A stretch of 64,000 bases of DNA, taken from contig CAZWAK010000010.1 in the NCBI GenBank assembly GCA_964631865.1, positions 10,949 to 74,948 of the forward strand. The letters are read 5' to 3'. Below the pieces are notes generated by a model. It was given only the letters and a program-made list of their open reading frames with translations, ran no database searches and was not told the origin of the DNA. This DNA comes from an uncultured Heliobacteriaceae bacterium. GTDB taxonomy: Bacteria; Acidobacteriota; Blastocatellia; RBC074. Position numbers and translations under genes: made by a program. This document shows positions 1 through 9,852 of this stretch, piece by piece. Numbering within the stretch: the first letter of the stretch is position 1; the number at the start of each line of letters is the position of its first letter.

Positions 1-2
1 AG

Positions 3-473
3 GTGGATGATCTTTCGGCGGTCACGCGCGCGACGCCGGGGCAAGCGTTCCTGCGCGTGCTGACGTTTTTGCTGCTGCTGCCCTTCGCGCTGGTCGGCAC
101 AATTTTGCATTATCCGGCGTATCGTTTGGCGGGCGTATTGGCGCAGCGATTCAGCCGCAATGATGACGATGTCATTTCGACGATCAAAGTGCTGGCGTCG
201 GCGTTGCTATTTCCGTTGACGTGGTTGGTGTGCGCGGCGTTCTGTGTGTGGCAATGGGGCTGGCCGGTCGCATTATTGATGGCAGTTTGCCTGCCCTTTC
301 TCGGTTATATCGCAGTGCGCTTTGCCGAAGAGTTTGATCGGGCGGCGGGCGCGGCGAAAGCCATTCTATTTTTTGTCACGCGCGGGTATTTTGCGAAGCG
401 ATTGTTGGTTGAACGAGGAATGATTCGGAACCAGATTATTGCCTTGAACAAAGAACTCCCTCCCCCCGAATAA
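3..473 (+). CDS. C-terminal part of a polytopic membrane protein (5' end outside window); function unknown
   Basis: ORF runs in from window edge; hydrophobic helices (LLLLPFALVGTIL, WLVCAAFCVW, LLMAVCLPFLGYI); no recognisable catalytic motif. Confidence 0.3.
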   Translation: MDDLSAVTRATPGQAFLRVLTFLLLLPFALVGTILHYPAYRLAGVLAQRFSRNDDDVISTIKVLASALLFPLTWLVCAAFCVWQWGWPVALLMAVCLPFLGYIAVRFAEEFDRAAGAAKAILFFVTRGYFAKRLLVERGMIRNQIIALNKELPPPE

Positions 474-1121
474 TCAGCCGTTATGCCAGCCTTGTTCGCG
501 GATGATGGTTTCCAACTCTGACTCTAATCGCTGAAAGGCCGACAATTGACGTAGAGAAGTAAAAGAGGGAGTGAACTCCGGCACTCTTTGAGCACAAAAA
601 TTGACCTGCAACTTTGCTAATCTTCGCCCGCTAAGTCCACTGGCTTCTTTGAGTAGGTCATAAAGTTTCTGTTTCGGGTCGGGCAACTCCTCAAGTTTTG
701 ACCGATCAGGCAATTTCAGAGGCTGCTGCCCGTGAGGATTCCCGACCGCGTGGCGAATAGCAATCTCGTCCATCAATAGCTAAGCTTCCTGCATGCGGAT
801 GGGGATAACACGAACACTGTGAGGGATGGCACCCCTCGCCTGCGCCATTTGGAGCGCCAAGTCTATTTCGTGAATCCGCATTTCAAACGGTTGTTTCTCG
901 GCATCACGATGAATGAACAAAAGGTCACAGGGATAAAGATCCACTGCCACTTGAATTTTTCCTGCCAAATCGCAGGGTTTTTCGCGTAATCGGCGCAGGT
1001 CGGCCCATTCACTTTGAATCGCAAGGTCTCGACAATGTTCGTGCAAAAGCCAAGTCAGAATCGGGAGCAAGGCCCGATCAGAGCTGCCATCGGAGAGTAA
1101 GGTGTAACGGAGTTGCTTCAT
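474..1121 (-). pseudogene. DUF4276-like protein (RloB/OLD-Toprim-like small partner of AAA_21 ATPases) interrupted by an in-frame TAG at 780-782; the two halves (113 aa + 100 aa) are in the same frame
   Basis: N-terminus MKQLRYTLLSDGSSDRALLPILTWLL and DLLFIHRDAE resemble DUF4276 (MKxLxIlVEGxTEEaFV / vDaD). Frame arithmetic shows ORF 780..1121 and ORF 474..776 share one reading frame separated by a single TAG codon; combined length ~215 aa matches DUF4276 size. Confidence 0.45.
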
Positions 1122-1123
1122 CT

Positions 1124-2641
1124 TTAGGAGGGCCAGCCCGCCAGATAAGGCTGAAGATCCGCCCGGTCCACAACGCGACGGCTTTGTCTGCGGTCGGCGG
1201 GCGTTGTGAATAGTTCAGGCTCGATGGGGTTCAGGTAGGACAAGAGTTTTCCTTTGGAGACAATTCCCATGCCTGGTACCTTGGCACGCCAAGTTTCCGG
1301 CAAACAACTGAAACACACTCGATTAAATCGCGTATGGTCTTGCACCATTTCTTTGGTCTCGGCTAACAAAAGACTATCGTCTGGCACCTGTCCCACGACG
1401 GCGGGCGAATGTGTGTTGATGATTACCTGGCGCAGGGGGTTATTGGCATCAAGGGGACGCCGGACATCGGTTGCAATATCCTGCAACAGCCTCAGCATAG
1501 AGGGAATTCGTTCGGGATGAACGCCATTTTCTGGCTCTTCCAGGCAAAGGACGCCTTGCGCTTCGGAATCAAGTTCTAAAACCGTTAAGGCCAGGAAGCG
1601 AAGGGTCCCGTCGGACAGTGCGCGCGCCGGATGAACCGTATTATCCTGATTTTTTACTTGCAAGGTGAGAATTTCCCTCTTCTCATCCCGATCCACCCAA
1701 ATTTCGCGCACATCCCGAATCAACTCTGACAAACGATTAGCTACCCTTCCATAAACATGCGCGGCAGCCTCTTCTGTTCCCAGACCATTCGTCCGTCCTT
1801 TGAGCCGGGCCAAATGATATAAAGTTGCCGCCAAGTGAGCACCGTCCGTGTCCAGTTTGGTGGGAGACGTAAATTCGTCTGGCTTCCGCAAAGAAGAAGG
1901 TTCTAATTGAAGTAAGCGCCAAGAACGCATTTCACTGCGGGCTAAGAACGCCGTTGGGCTTTCCGCTGCATTGGCCACCGAGAGAACGGCGCGCGGCAGA
2001 TTGGTTGCGGAACGGGGGAGCGGTCTGCCGCTACTTCCTCCATCCTGATGCAATTTTATAATCCGCTGGCTTCCTTCGCGTTCCGTCGAAATAAAGAACG
2101 GAACGCGCCGTTCTCCCATCAGAACGGATTGCCTCCAATGCCGTACATCATGCGGAAATAGCAAATGTTTACTCGCATCGCCGCGCTTAATATGTGAGAG
2201 TTCTTCTTTGATTAGCTCAATGCGCCCTAATGACTGGGGGCCTTCATCGGAACGATACGCCAATGTGATGGCATAACGGAGAAAATTAATACTGGCTTCG
2301 GCTTTCTGCCCCAAATCATCAACGCCCTCACGGGGAACGATCATTTCAACTTCAAACGACATCTGCTCGTCGTATTTGTCGCCAACGCGGTGAAACAAAC
2401 TGCGCAAATCGCTGGTGCGCCCTCCTTCATCGCGCACTGACAAAGCCGCTTCCGTTAAGGGACGGTCAGCCAAAGCACTCAAAAATTTTATTGCATCGAA
2501 AAGGTTCGACTTGCCGACGCCATTCGCACCAGCAATACAGGTAAACGCCCCAAAGCGTACATCAACATCCATCAGGTTTTTAAATCCTGTCACTTTCAGA
2601 CGTGTCAACATGAGATTCGACTCCTGAGCAAAACTTATCAC
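1124..2641 (-). CDS. ABC-type AAA_21/AAA_15 family ATPase (OLD/RecF-like) likely ATPase subunit of a two-component defence module
   Basis: Walker A GANGVGKSN, ABC signature LSDGTLRFLAL, Walker B LCLEEPENGVHP, H-loop INTHSP; immediately followed in operon by DUF4276-like ORF. Confidence 0.8.
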   Translation of the reverse strand: MISFAQESNLMLTRLKVTGFKNLMDVDVRFGAFTCIAGANGVGKSNLFDAIKFLSALADRPLTEAALSVRDEGGRTSDLRSLFHRVGDKYDEQMSFEVEMIVPREGVDDLGQKAEASINFLRYAITLAYRSDEGPQSLGRIELIKEELSHIKRGDASKHLLFPHDVRHWRQSVLMGERRVPFFISTEREGSQRIIKLHQDGGSSGRPLPRSATNLPRAVLSVANAAESPTAFLARSEMRSWRLLQLEPSSLRKPDEFTSPTKLDTDGAHLAATLYHLARLKGRTNGLGTEEAAAHVYGRVANRLSELIRDVREIWVDRDEKREILTLQVKNQDNTVHPARALSDGTLRFLALTVLELDSEAQGVLCLEEPENGVHPERIPSMLRLLQDIATDVRRPLDANNPLRQVIINTHSPAVVGQVPDDSLLLAETKEMVQDHTRFNRVCFSCLPETWRAKVPGMGIVSKGKLLSYLNPIEPELFTTPADRRQSRRVVDRADLQPYLAGWPS

Positions 2642-2680
2642 GCTTCCTGAATCGGCTCAAATAGGGCAATAGCTGGTTCC

Positions 2681-3106
2681 TTGAAGTTTTATTATTTGTG
2701 CATCACGCTTCTGCGAAAGGTCGGGCTTACTTTCTCGTCATCGCAAGTGACGCAAACAGCGATGCCCCCATCGCTCAGGAGTTTCCCCTATGCCCAAACA
2801 GAAGTGAGTTTTTCGATGAAAATCAAATTGCCCGCGCGCGCGTTAGCCGCACAGTTACTCAATGCCCACCAACGATTCACCCGGTTTTCGCACGAGCAGC
2901 GTCTTCTGGCGCTGAATATGTTGACGACGCACATCGAAGCCACGCGCAAGCTCGGTACGCCCGGCAGCTTGAAGGCCGCTGCGACCGACGCGATTTTTCT
3001 GGCCTCGATGAATGAAACGGCTTACGAACCCATCCCCGCCAACACGTATTCGATTTCCTCCAGTCTGAACAATTTGCACGACGCCATTTGGGCCGAAGAC
3101 CTATAA
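2681..3106 (+). CDS. hypothetical protein (alternative start MKIKLPARAL at ~2817)
   Basis: ORF only; divergent from ATPase operon; no recognisable motifs. Confidence 0.3.
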   Translation: MKFYYLCITLLRKVGLTFSSSQVTQTAMPPSLRSFPYAQTEVSFSMKIKLPARALAAQLLNAHQRFTRFSHEQRLLALNMLTTHIEATRKLGTPGSLKAAATDAIFLASMNETAYEPIPANTYSISSSLNNLHDAIWAEDL

Positions 3107-3184
3107 AGCCTGGTCGGTTCGCGCTTCATTGTCCTCCCGGTTGGCTTGGCACACGTGATGGCTGGTCTGTCGCGTGTGCCTTTT

Positions 3185-3832
3185 TTATGTGCGGCGGCGA
3201 CGAGACTTGTGTTGCGCCTGGGCGGCTTTTCTGGCGACGAATCGCTGTCGTGCTTCGCGCTGTTGCGCCGCCGCAATGGCGTGCCGCTTGTTTTTATATC
3301 CAACCTGACGCGGCTCCAATTCAAAATGCGCCGGGTCTTTCAACCCGTAGCGCCATTGGAACCCGTGCCTGCGCATGACTTTGACCATCTTCTTGCCGTC
3401 GCGCGTCAGCCGCCGATGGCGCTTTTTGCCGTAAGCCACAGACGCGAGGTCTACGGCCAAGCCGGCTTCGTGCAGCGATGCGCCGGGCTTGTGCGCGCTG
3501 TAAATCCCGCGCCGCACGCGGCACCGATGCCGATGCGAGCAATGGTACATCTTGCGTTGTTGCGCGCTGGAACGATAGGCGCTGGTGATGGTCGGACAAA
3601 CGCCGACGGCTTGCATATCGTCGAGTGCGGCCTTGAGTTTTCGCTGTGCTTGCGGATGCAAGCCCGTCAGTTTTTTCGGGCCGATGGCGGGTTGGGGCCG
3701 GGTTGGTTTCGTTCTTGTGACTGCTCGCTTTTTCTTGGTGCGGACGTTGACCACGTCATCCTTGCGCGCAGCGGCGGCGAAGGTTGCCACCGCGAACAGC
3801 AGCAAGGCTACTAGCAAACCGATCTTCTGCAT
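3185..3832 (-). CDS. secreted peptidase M15 family (D-Ala-D-Ala carboxypeptidase / VanY-like zinc peptidase) with basic C-terminal tail
   Basis: Signal peptide MQKIGLLVALLLFAVATFAAAA; M15 motifs SAYRSSAQQ and SLHEAGLAVDL (SxHxxGxAxD), later H in DPAHFELEP. Confidence 0.6.
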   Translation of the reverse strand: MQKIGLLVALLLFAVATFAAAARKDDVVNVRTKKKRAVTRTKPTRPQPAIGPKKLTGLHPQAQRKLKAALDDMQAVGVCPTITSAYRSSAQQRKMYHCSHRHRCRVRRGIYSAHKPGASLHEAGLAVDLASVAYGKKRHRRLTRDGKKMVKVMRRHGFQWRYGLKDPAHFELEPRQVGYKNKRHAIAAAQQREARQRFVARKAAQAQHKSRRRRT

Positions 3833-3834
3833 AA

Positions 3835-4761
3835 TTAGCTCCCAGCAGGTCTGGTAGGGGGTGTTGCAGCAGGGGGTGTCGAAGTAGGGGGTGTTGTAGC
3901 AGGGGGCTGCTGTAATCTTGACCGGGGAACTTTAACATAAATCACTTTGGCGGGAGAAATGTCTTTGAGCGTGCGGGAAAAGATGCTTACATCGGCGGCG
4001 CGCAGACTGCGCGGCGTGTTCGGCACGGCGTCGCGCGCCAGGATGTCGTGCGTATGGAGCCGGTCGCCATTGGGAAGTTGCTCGCCATACAGCACACAAT
4101 TCGCCGTGTTGTCTACTTTGAAGTATGCGCCGCGCAAATCCAGCCCGACGTACAACCCTCGACTGCGCGAATACGACACCGCTCGCGCATCCAGCAACGG
4201 GTCGGAAGACACGCCCACATTGCGCCCGAACATCAACCCGGTTGCGCTTGCGCCTGCGCCAATCTCGACTTTGTTTTGCAAGAGCGAATGCAAGCCGGAG
4301 CGCGTCGAAATAATCATAATCAGGTCGGTCACTTCCATCCCGATTTGCAGACCAAAGCTCCCGCCCGTGACCGTGAAAAAGACCGGCGGACTCCAGGCTT
4401 TGTTTTCGTAGCGGCAACTGAGCAACCCGCGTCCCCATTGCCCGCCAAAGCCGAAGCCGCCTTTTTTCATCGAAGGCACAACGGCCACACAATTGGAGCG
4501 ATCCAGCATGGCTTGCGGCATCGCGTGATCGGGTGCCTCCATAAATTCCCGCATAATCAGCGCGGCGCGTTCGGCGCGTTCCAGCAAATCGTGCCGGTCT
4601 TCTTCGCTACAAACTTTTTCTTTTTCCTGGCGCGTCGGCAGAATCTGTTTCCGTTCCGGGATCGGCGTGCCATTCGGACGACGACGTTGAGCCGCCGTTT
4701 CGAGCGTACATACACAACACAATGACAGAGCGACGAAGCAGGCTAGGGCGGCGTGTTTCAT
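3835..4761 (-). CDS. Ysc84/SH3YL1-like (DUF500) domain lipoprotein, Pro/Thr-rich C-terminal tail
   Basis: Signal peptide MKHAALACFVALSLCCVC; core CVAVVPSMKKGGFGFGGQWGRGLLSCR...[22 protein letters not shown]...YSRSRGLYVGLDLRGAYF typical of Ysc84 actin/lipid-binding domain; start chosen at internal M (4761). Confidence 0.7.
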   Translation of the reverse strand: MKHAALACFVALSLCCVCTLETAAQRRRPNGTPIPERKQILPTRQEKEKVCSEEDRHDLLERAERAALIMREFMEAPDHAMPQAMLDRSNCVAVVPSMKKGGFGFGGQWGRGLLSCRYENKAWSPPVFFTVTGGSFGLQIGMEVTDLIMIISTRSGLHSLLQNKVEIGAGASATGLMFGRNVGVSSDPLLDARAVSYSRSRGLYVGLDLRGAYFKVDNTANCVLYGEQLPNGDRLHTHDILARDAVPNTPRSLRAADVSIFSRTLKDISPAKVIYVKVPRSRLQQPPATTPPTSTPPAATPPTRPAGS

Positions 4762-4861
4762 GGGTTCTCCTCGTGGGGAAAGAACGCGGTTGACATTCGG
4801 CGCAGGTGCTGTCGCCGTGAGCGGCAACACTCTGCGCCGAAGGCTGCTTTCGGAATTGTAG

Positions 4862-5593
4862 TTATCGTTTCTTTTTCGCGGGCGCTTTGCTTCCGCTCGT
4901 GCGGCGTGCGGAAAACTTCGTCAGCGTCGCGGAATAAATTCGGACTTCGGGCGTGGCTTTGATTTTGCCGGTTTCCAACAAATCGTGGGCGGAAACGGCG
5001 CGGCCATAGACATCTTTGTTGGCGTCTTCGTCTTCTTTGATGACGGAGCCTTTCAATTCCAATCCGGCAAACACGCCTTTGCTGCGCGAGTAGGAAAGGA
5101 CTTGTGCGTTGAGCGTGGCATCGGTTGAAGCCGAGACGTTACGCCCGACCGGCCCGGCAGCCGCAGCGGCTCCGGCTCCGAGTTCAAATTTACTTTTCAG
5201 CAAACCGTTGACGCCGTCTTCATTCATAATCAACAGCACAAGGTCTACGGCTTGCGCGCCGATTTGCAACCCAAAGCTGCCGCCGCCAATCGTGAAGTAG
5301 GCCGGGGCGCTCCAACCGGCAGTTTTGCGACAACTCACCAGCCCGCGTCCAAATTGCCCGCCCACGACAAAGCCGCCTTTTTTGACCGACGGAAACACGG
5401 CTACACAATAGGCGCGATCCAGCAAGTCTTGCGGAATCGCTTGATCGGGTGCGTCCATAATTTCCTTGAAGGCTTGCGCGGCTTTGCGCGCGCGTTCGGC
5501 TTCTTCTTTTTTATCGGCGAAGGCTGTCGCGGTGAGCAGCAACATGCCGGTAACCGCGAACCCAAGCATCTTCTTCATATTCCCTATTTTCAT
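4862..5593 (-). CDS. Ysc84/SH3YL1-like (DUF500) domain lipoprotein, tandem paralog of 3835..4761
   Basis: [27 protein letters not shown]...[25 protein letters not shown]...[18 protein letters not shown]; signal peptide; ~50% identity to neighbour. Confidence 0.75.
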   Translation of the reverse strand: MKIGNMKKMLGFAVTGMLLLTATAFADKKEEAERARKAAQAFKEIMDAPDQAIPQDLLDRAYCVAVFPSVKKGGFVVGGQFGRGLVSCRKTAGWSAPAYFTIGGGSFGLQIGAQAVDLVLLIMNEDGVNGLLKSKFELGAGAAAAAGPVGRNVSASTDATLNAQVLSYSRSKGVFAGLELKGSVIKEDEDANKDVYGRAVSAHDLLETGKIKATPEVRIYSATLTKFSARRTSGSKAPAKKKR

Positions 5594-5874
5594 ATTCCCT
5601 CCTCGAAAGTAGTTTCCATTGCAAGAACCGCTTCAGCGTGAGCGCGCCGTTGATGAACTGCGTCAGACGCCTCACGCCACAAATCGTTTGAGGGCAATGC
5701 CCCCGGAAGATTTGGGTGAGTGGTATAGTTCTAACTTGAGTTGCAAGACTTTTCAAGTGAAATCTCAAATCTTTATGTTCAACTAACAGAAAATAAATAT
5801 ATTAGTCTTTGGGCAAAATGGCTTTTCCTTGACCTGTTCGGAAGGCTGTACATTCGACTGGAAACCGCTGTACT

Positions 5875-7002
5875 ATGCCCTTGAGGACAATGAAGATGCC
5901 AACGAACGAGATCAACAGTCTGACGCTTGCGCCGCTGTCTGCCGGAGATTTGCTGGATCGGATTGTGCGATTGTATCGCCAGCATTGGGTCGCGTTGATG
6001 CGCGTGGCCATCCTGCCGGTGATTCTTTCGTATCTTGGCGTGATGGCGCTGACGCTGGGCATTCGGAACTTTTCGACCACGAAAGGCGATTGGCGCATTG
6101 CCGCGTCCGTGTTGTTGATTCTGGCGGGCCTGACGTTGTATGCCGGGGGCAAGGCGGTGCTGATTTTTTTGTTGGGCGGGGCGGCACGCGAACTTGTGCA
6201 GCATTTTCTGGATGGCTCGTCCGTCACAGCGCGCGGCGTCTATCGCACGGCGCGTCAGAACTTCTGGCGCTTGGTCGGCGCAGCAGTGTTGATTGTGGCG
6301 CTGGTCGCAACGCTGGGTATTTTTTTGTTGTACGCGGGGATCTTTGCGGTGGGCATTTATGTCGCTGTGGTCGGCCTTGTGCTCAGCGTTTTTCCTTTCT
6401 GGTTGCAAGTCACGCTGCACATTCTTGTGGGCGCGCTGGCCTTTGCAGCAGTGACGATTCTGGTGCTGATGAATGTCAAGCGCGTGGTTTTTTTGCCGCA
6501 AGTCATCGCGGTCGAAAACAAAAACGTTTCTGCCGCGCTGAGCCGCAGCTTTTCATTGGCCGGGGGCGAATTTCGTCGCAAGGATTTTGTCCCCATCGTC
6601 GCGCTGGTGTTTTTCTACATTTACATCTCGTGGTCGGTGTTACTGCTGTTTCTGTTGCCCGTGTATTTTTATATGTGGCTGAACGGCATAGACGGCGGCC
6701 CCTTCAGTGCGCAACAGCCGCTGTGGTACACGGTGCTGACGAACACGATTACGCAGGCGAGCGAAATCCTGTTGCTGCCGGTGCTGATGATCGGCTTTGT
6801 GTTGCTCTACATTGACAGCCGTGTGCGCCGCGAAGGTTATGATCTGGAATTACTCGCCAATCGGTATTTGCCCGCGCCCGGCATTGAAATTCCGCACGGC
6901 AGCTTTCCGATGGAAGTGCCGAAAGCCAAGAGCCACACACCGGAAGGCAGCGACGAGCCATTCGATTCCGACAGCAATTTGACCGTGCTGTCGTTGCGCT
7001 GA
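5875..7002 (+). CDS. polytopic inner-membrane protein of unknown function (6-8 TM helices)
   Basis: Long hydrophobic segments throughout; acidic C-terminal tail; no catalytic motif recognised. Confidence 0.55.
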   Translation: MPLRTMKMPTNEINSLTLAPLSAGDLLDRIVRLYRQHWVALMRVAILPVILSYLGVMALTLGIRNFSTTKGDWRIAASVLLILAGLTLYAGGKAVLIFLLGGAARELVQHFLDGSSVTARGVYRTARQNFWRLVGAAVLIVALVATLGIFLLYAGIFAVGIYVAVVGLVLSVFPFWLQVTLHILVGALAFAAVTILVLMNVKRVVFLPQVIAVENKNVSAALSRSFSLAGGEFRRKDFVPIVALVFFYIYISWSVLLLFLLPVYFYMWLNGIDGGPFSAQQPLWYTVLTNTITQASEILLLPVLMIGFVLLYIDSRVRREGYDLELLANRYLPAPGIEIPHGSFPMEVPKAKSHTPEGSDEPFDSDSNLTVLSLR

Positions 7003-7015
7003 TTGGGAGACCGTT

Positions 7016-7540
7016 ATGAAATTCTTTTTGCTATTGCTTTTGGTCTTGCCTGTGATTGCTTTCGAGCAAGCGCAAGACACCAAACAAGACTTGCCTCCGA
7101 TTCGCAACTTCTTCCGCATTGACAAAGATTTTTGTTCCGGCGGGCAGCCGCGCCCGGAGCATCTGGCGCAACTGAAAGCCGAAGGCGTCAAAGTCATCAT
7201 CAATTTGCGCCCGGAATCTGAGCATCGCGTGGAGTTGGAAACCGACGCGGCCAAAGCCGCAGGCTTGCGCTACATCAACATCCCCGTTGTCTATGCCGAT
7301 CCGAAAGACGAACAGGTCGAAGAGTTCTTGAAAATCACGGACGACCCGAACAATCGCCCAGCGTTTATTCATTGTGCTGGCGCGATTCGGGTCGGCGCGT
7401 TCTGGATGATTCGGCGCGTGTTGCGCGATGGCTGGACAGTTGAAAAAGCCGAAGAAGAAGCCGAAAAGATTGGCCTGAAAAACGCCCCGCACCTGAATCA
7501 ATTCGCCCGCAGTTACATCGAACGGCACAAGAAGAAGTAG
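7016..7540 (+). CDS. secreted DUF442/TIGR01244-type PTP-fold protein (putative phosphatase/sulfur-transfer domain) with CX4R motif
   Basis: Signal peptide MKFFLLLLLVLPVIAF; motif IHCAGAIRVG (C-x4-R as in DUF442/Blh N-domain rather than CX5R of classical PTPs). Confidence 0.5.
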   Translation: MKFFLLLLLVLPVIAFEQAQDTKQDLPPIRNFFRIDKDFCSGGQPRPEHLAQLKAEGVKVIINLRPESEHRVELETDAAKAAGLRYINIPVVYADPKDEQVEEFLKITDDPNNRPAFIHCAGAIRVGAFWMIRRVLRDGWTVEKAEEEAEKIGLKNAPHLNQFARSYIERHKKK

Positions 7541-7708
7541 AAAAGGAGTTGGGGCGGTTCGTTGTTTAGAGCGGGTGCGATAGGGAAGCCGCAGCCATCT
7601 CGGCACCAAAACTACCCAAACGATTCTTCATTCTGAAAAAGGGGAAAGATTCGTTTTTCCGTTGCCTGAATGAAGAATTTGCTCAGCACCTGGCTTTGCA
7701 ATTCTCTT

Positions 7709-9598
7709 CTAAGGCAAGACGGTCGTTGCTTCTTGCGCTTGTTCCTGTTGCGGTTGCGGTTCGACTTTCCCTTTGACTTTGCGGATTTTTTTGCGGGCTT
7801 TGAGACGCGGCTGTTGCGCTTCGCGGGCGGCGATGCGGGCTTGGGCGCGGACAATGTCGCGCATCGAAATGATGCCGAGCAATTGTTGCGAGTCTTTGCG
7901 GCTGACGACAGGCAGCAACGACAATTCGCGCTCGCCGAGCTTGAGCATCACGACATCGAGCGGATGATCGGGATGCGCCGTGACAACGTCTTTGATGGCC
8001 ACCTCGCCGAGCAGCGCGTCTTCGTTGCCTTCCGCCTGCTGATGCCGCAAGTCATAGCCCGTGATGAAGCCCACCATTTTGCGCGCGCCGTCCACCACCG
8101 GAAAACCATAGTGCGGATTGGTCGCGCAATATTCAATTGCTTCCCGAATCGTGAAGTTTGCCGGCAAAGTCACAACGTTGCGCGTCATCACGCTCGATGC
8201 GGTGAGTTTGTGCAACGAGACTCTGGGTTGCGCGGGTGCGAGACGAATGCCGTCCTGTTCGAGCAACGCTTCATAAATCGGCGTCGGGTTCAGCCGTTGC
8301 GCGACCAAATAACTCGTCGCATTCGCAATCATCAACGGCAGAATCAGCGAGTAGTTCTGCGTCATCTCAAACACAATCAGCACCGACGTAATCGGCGCGC
8401 GCACGACCGCACAAAAACTCGCGCCCATACCGACTAACGCAAACGCGCCCGGCGCAGTCGGATGACCGGGAATCGCGGCCTCGACCACGTAGCCCAATGT
8501 GCCGCCGACCATCGCACCGATGAACAACGACGGCGCAAAGATGCCGCCCGATCCGCCTGAGCCGTACGAAACAACGGTCGTGACGATTTTGGCCACCGAC
8601 AATGTCAGCAGCAACAAAATGGGCAAACGGCCTTGTAGCGCGGAGGTGAGCGTCGCGTAGCCGCCACCCATCGCTTGCGGCGCGAACAGCCCGACGACGC
8701 CCACGATAAAGCCGCCAATCGCGGGTTTGAGCCACGTCGGCACTTTGCGAAATTGCCGAAAGATCAGCCGCAGTTTGAGCAAGGTGTTCGAGAAAAAGAC
8801 GGCGACGCCGCCCACGATTGCGCCCAATAACAAATAGAAAACCAACTCCGCCGGATGCTGCAAGCCATACGCCGTGACGCCCGGATACAAATGCCCCGGC
8901 TCGAATGCGCGCGAAATTGCCGACGCGATCACCGCCGCGATGACGATGCCGCCGAGCATGCGTTGATTCAAGTCGCCAATGATTTCTTCAAACGCAAACG
9001 TGACTGCTGCAATCGGCGTGTTGAATGCCGCCGCCACAGCCGCCGCTGAACCGACGGGCAGGAGTTCCATCAACCGTCGCCGCGACACGCCGAAGAAGCG
9101 TCCGAGAAACGACGACATCGCCGCACAGATTTGCACCGTCGGGCCTTCGCGTCCGATGGAAGCGCCCGTGCCGAGGCTGATCGCCGAGATGACCGCTTTG
9201 CCCACCGCTGACTTGAACGGCATCCGCCCGTAGTTGATGAAGTACGCGGTTTTGACTTGTGGGATTCCGCTGCCGCGCGCATCGGGAACCCAATATTGCA
9301 ACAACAAGCCGACCAGCAAGCCGCCCAGCGTCGGAATCATCAACGTCAGCACGGCGAACTTCCAATTGAAGCCGCGTTCGTAGGCCACAAAAACGTGCCG
9401 AAGGATGTTGCGCTCCATCGCCAGAATCAGCAGGTGAAAGGCGACGGCGACCAAGCCACAAACGGCTCCAACGATCAACGTGATGAGAAATAGTTTTTGG
9501 TTTTCCGGCAGGCCAAGGCGATCAATGATTCGAGTCGCTCGCAATTCAATGCGGTACCACTTGCGCCGGAGTTGCGCGCGTTGCACGGTGAACCTCAC
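7709..9598 (-). CDS. clcA: ClC family H+/Cl- antiporter / chloride channel with two C-terminal CBS domains
   Basis: Hallmark ClC motifs GSGIPQVK, GREGP, GIFAPSLFIGA, and conserved Y (YEALL); C-terminal CBS pair; Lys/Gln-rich tail. Confidence 0.9.
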   Translation of the reverse strand: MRFTVQRAQLRRKWYRIELRATRIIDRLGLPENQKLFLITLIVGAVCGLVAVAFHLLILAMERNILRHVFVAYERGFNWKFAVLTLMIPTLGGLLVGLLLQYWVPDARGSGIPQVKTAYFINYGRMPFKSAVGKAVISAISLGTGASIGREGPTVQICAAMSSFLGRFFGVSRRRLMELLPVGSAAAVAAAFNTPIAAVTFAFEEIIGDLNQRMLGGIVIAAVIASAISRAFEPGHLYPGVTAYGLQHPAELVFYLLLGAIVGGVAVFFSNTLLKLRLIFRQFRKVPTWLKPAIGGFIVGVVGLFAPQAMGGGYATLTSALQGRLPILLLLTLSVAKIVTTVVSYGSGGSGGIFAPSLFIGAMVGGTLGYVVEAAIPGHPTAPGAFALVGMGASFCAVVRAPITSVLIVFEMTQNYSLILPLMIANATSYLVAQRLNPTPIYEALLEQDGIRLAPAQPRVSLHKLTASSVMTRNVVTLPANFTIREAIEYCATNPHYGFPVVDGARKMVGFITGYDLRHQQAEGNEDALLGEVAIKDVVTAHPDHPLDVVMLKLGERELSLLPVVSRKDSQQLLGIISMRDIVRAQARIAAREAQQPRLKARKKIRKVKGKVEPQPQQEQAQEATTVLP

Positions 9599-9780
9599 TC
9601 AGGACAAATTTCCGAACGGGGAGGGCACGTACGGGGGACTGTAAAAATCAAGAGGCATCTTAGCATCCAGTGTTAATCACGCAAGCGAAAAGTTGGGCGC
9701 GTAGACGTGGCAACGAGATATTTCCGGCTAAGCAGTTGGCAGCATTGAAGCATTTTTTTTTCTGGCTTACGATGAACAAC

Positions 9781-9811
9781 GGTGGTTGGTAATTGGTGGT
9801 CGGTGGTCGGT
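9781..9811. repeat. heptanucleotide tandem repeat (GGTGGTT/GGTGGTC)x4
   Basis: ggtggttggtaattggtggtcggtggtcggtc read directly; same heptamer family recurs at 48.1, 57.4 and 61.7 kb. Confidence 0.8.
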
Positions 9812-9852
9812 CTCGAAACTCAAAACCCAAAACTCGAAACCCGGCTTTCCTT

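Noticed and set aside
3146-3814. 222-aa ORF on + strand overlapping the M15 peptidase gene
   Set aside because: Antisense shadow ORF; peptidase frame has signal peptide and SxHxxGxAxD motif
5779-6815. Long ORFs 5779..6501(-), 5802..6227(-), 5829..6815(+) overlapping the membrane-protein gene 5875..7002
   Set aside because: Arg/His/Gln-rich low-complexity translations typical of wrong-frame reading of GC-rich DNA; the 5875..7002 frame encodes coherent TM helices
7670-8735. ORFs 7670..8437(+) and 8367..8735(-) inside or antisense to the ClC channel gene
   Set aside because: Arg-rich junk translations; ClC frame carries all hallmark motifs
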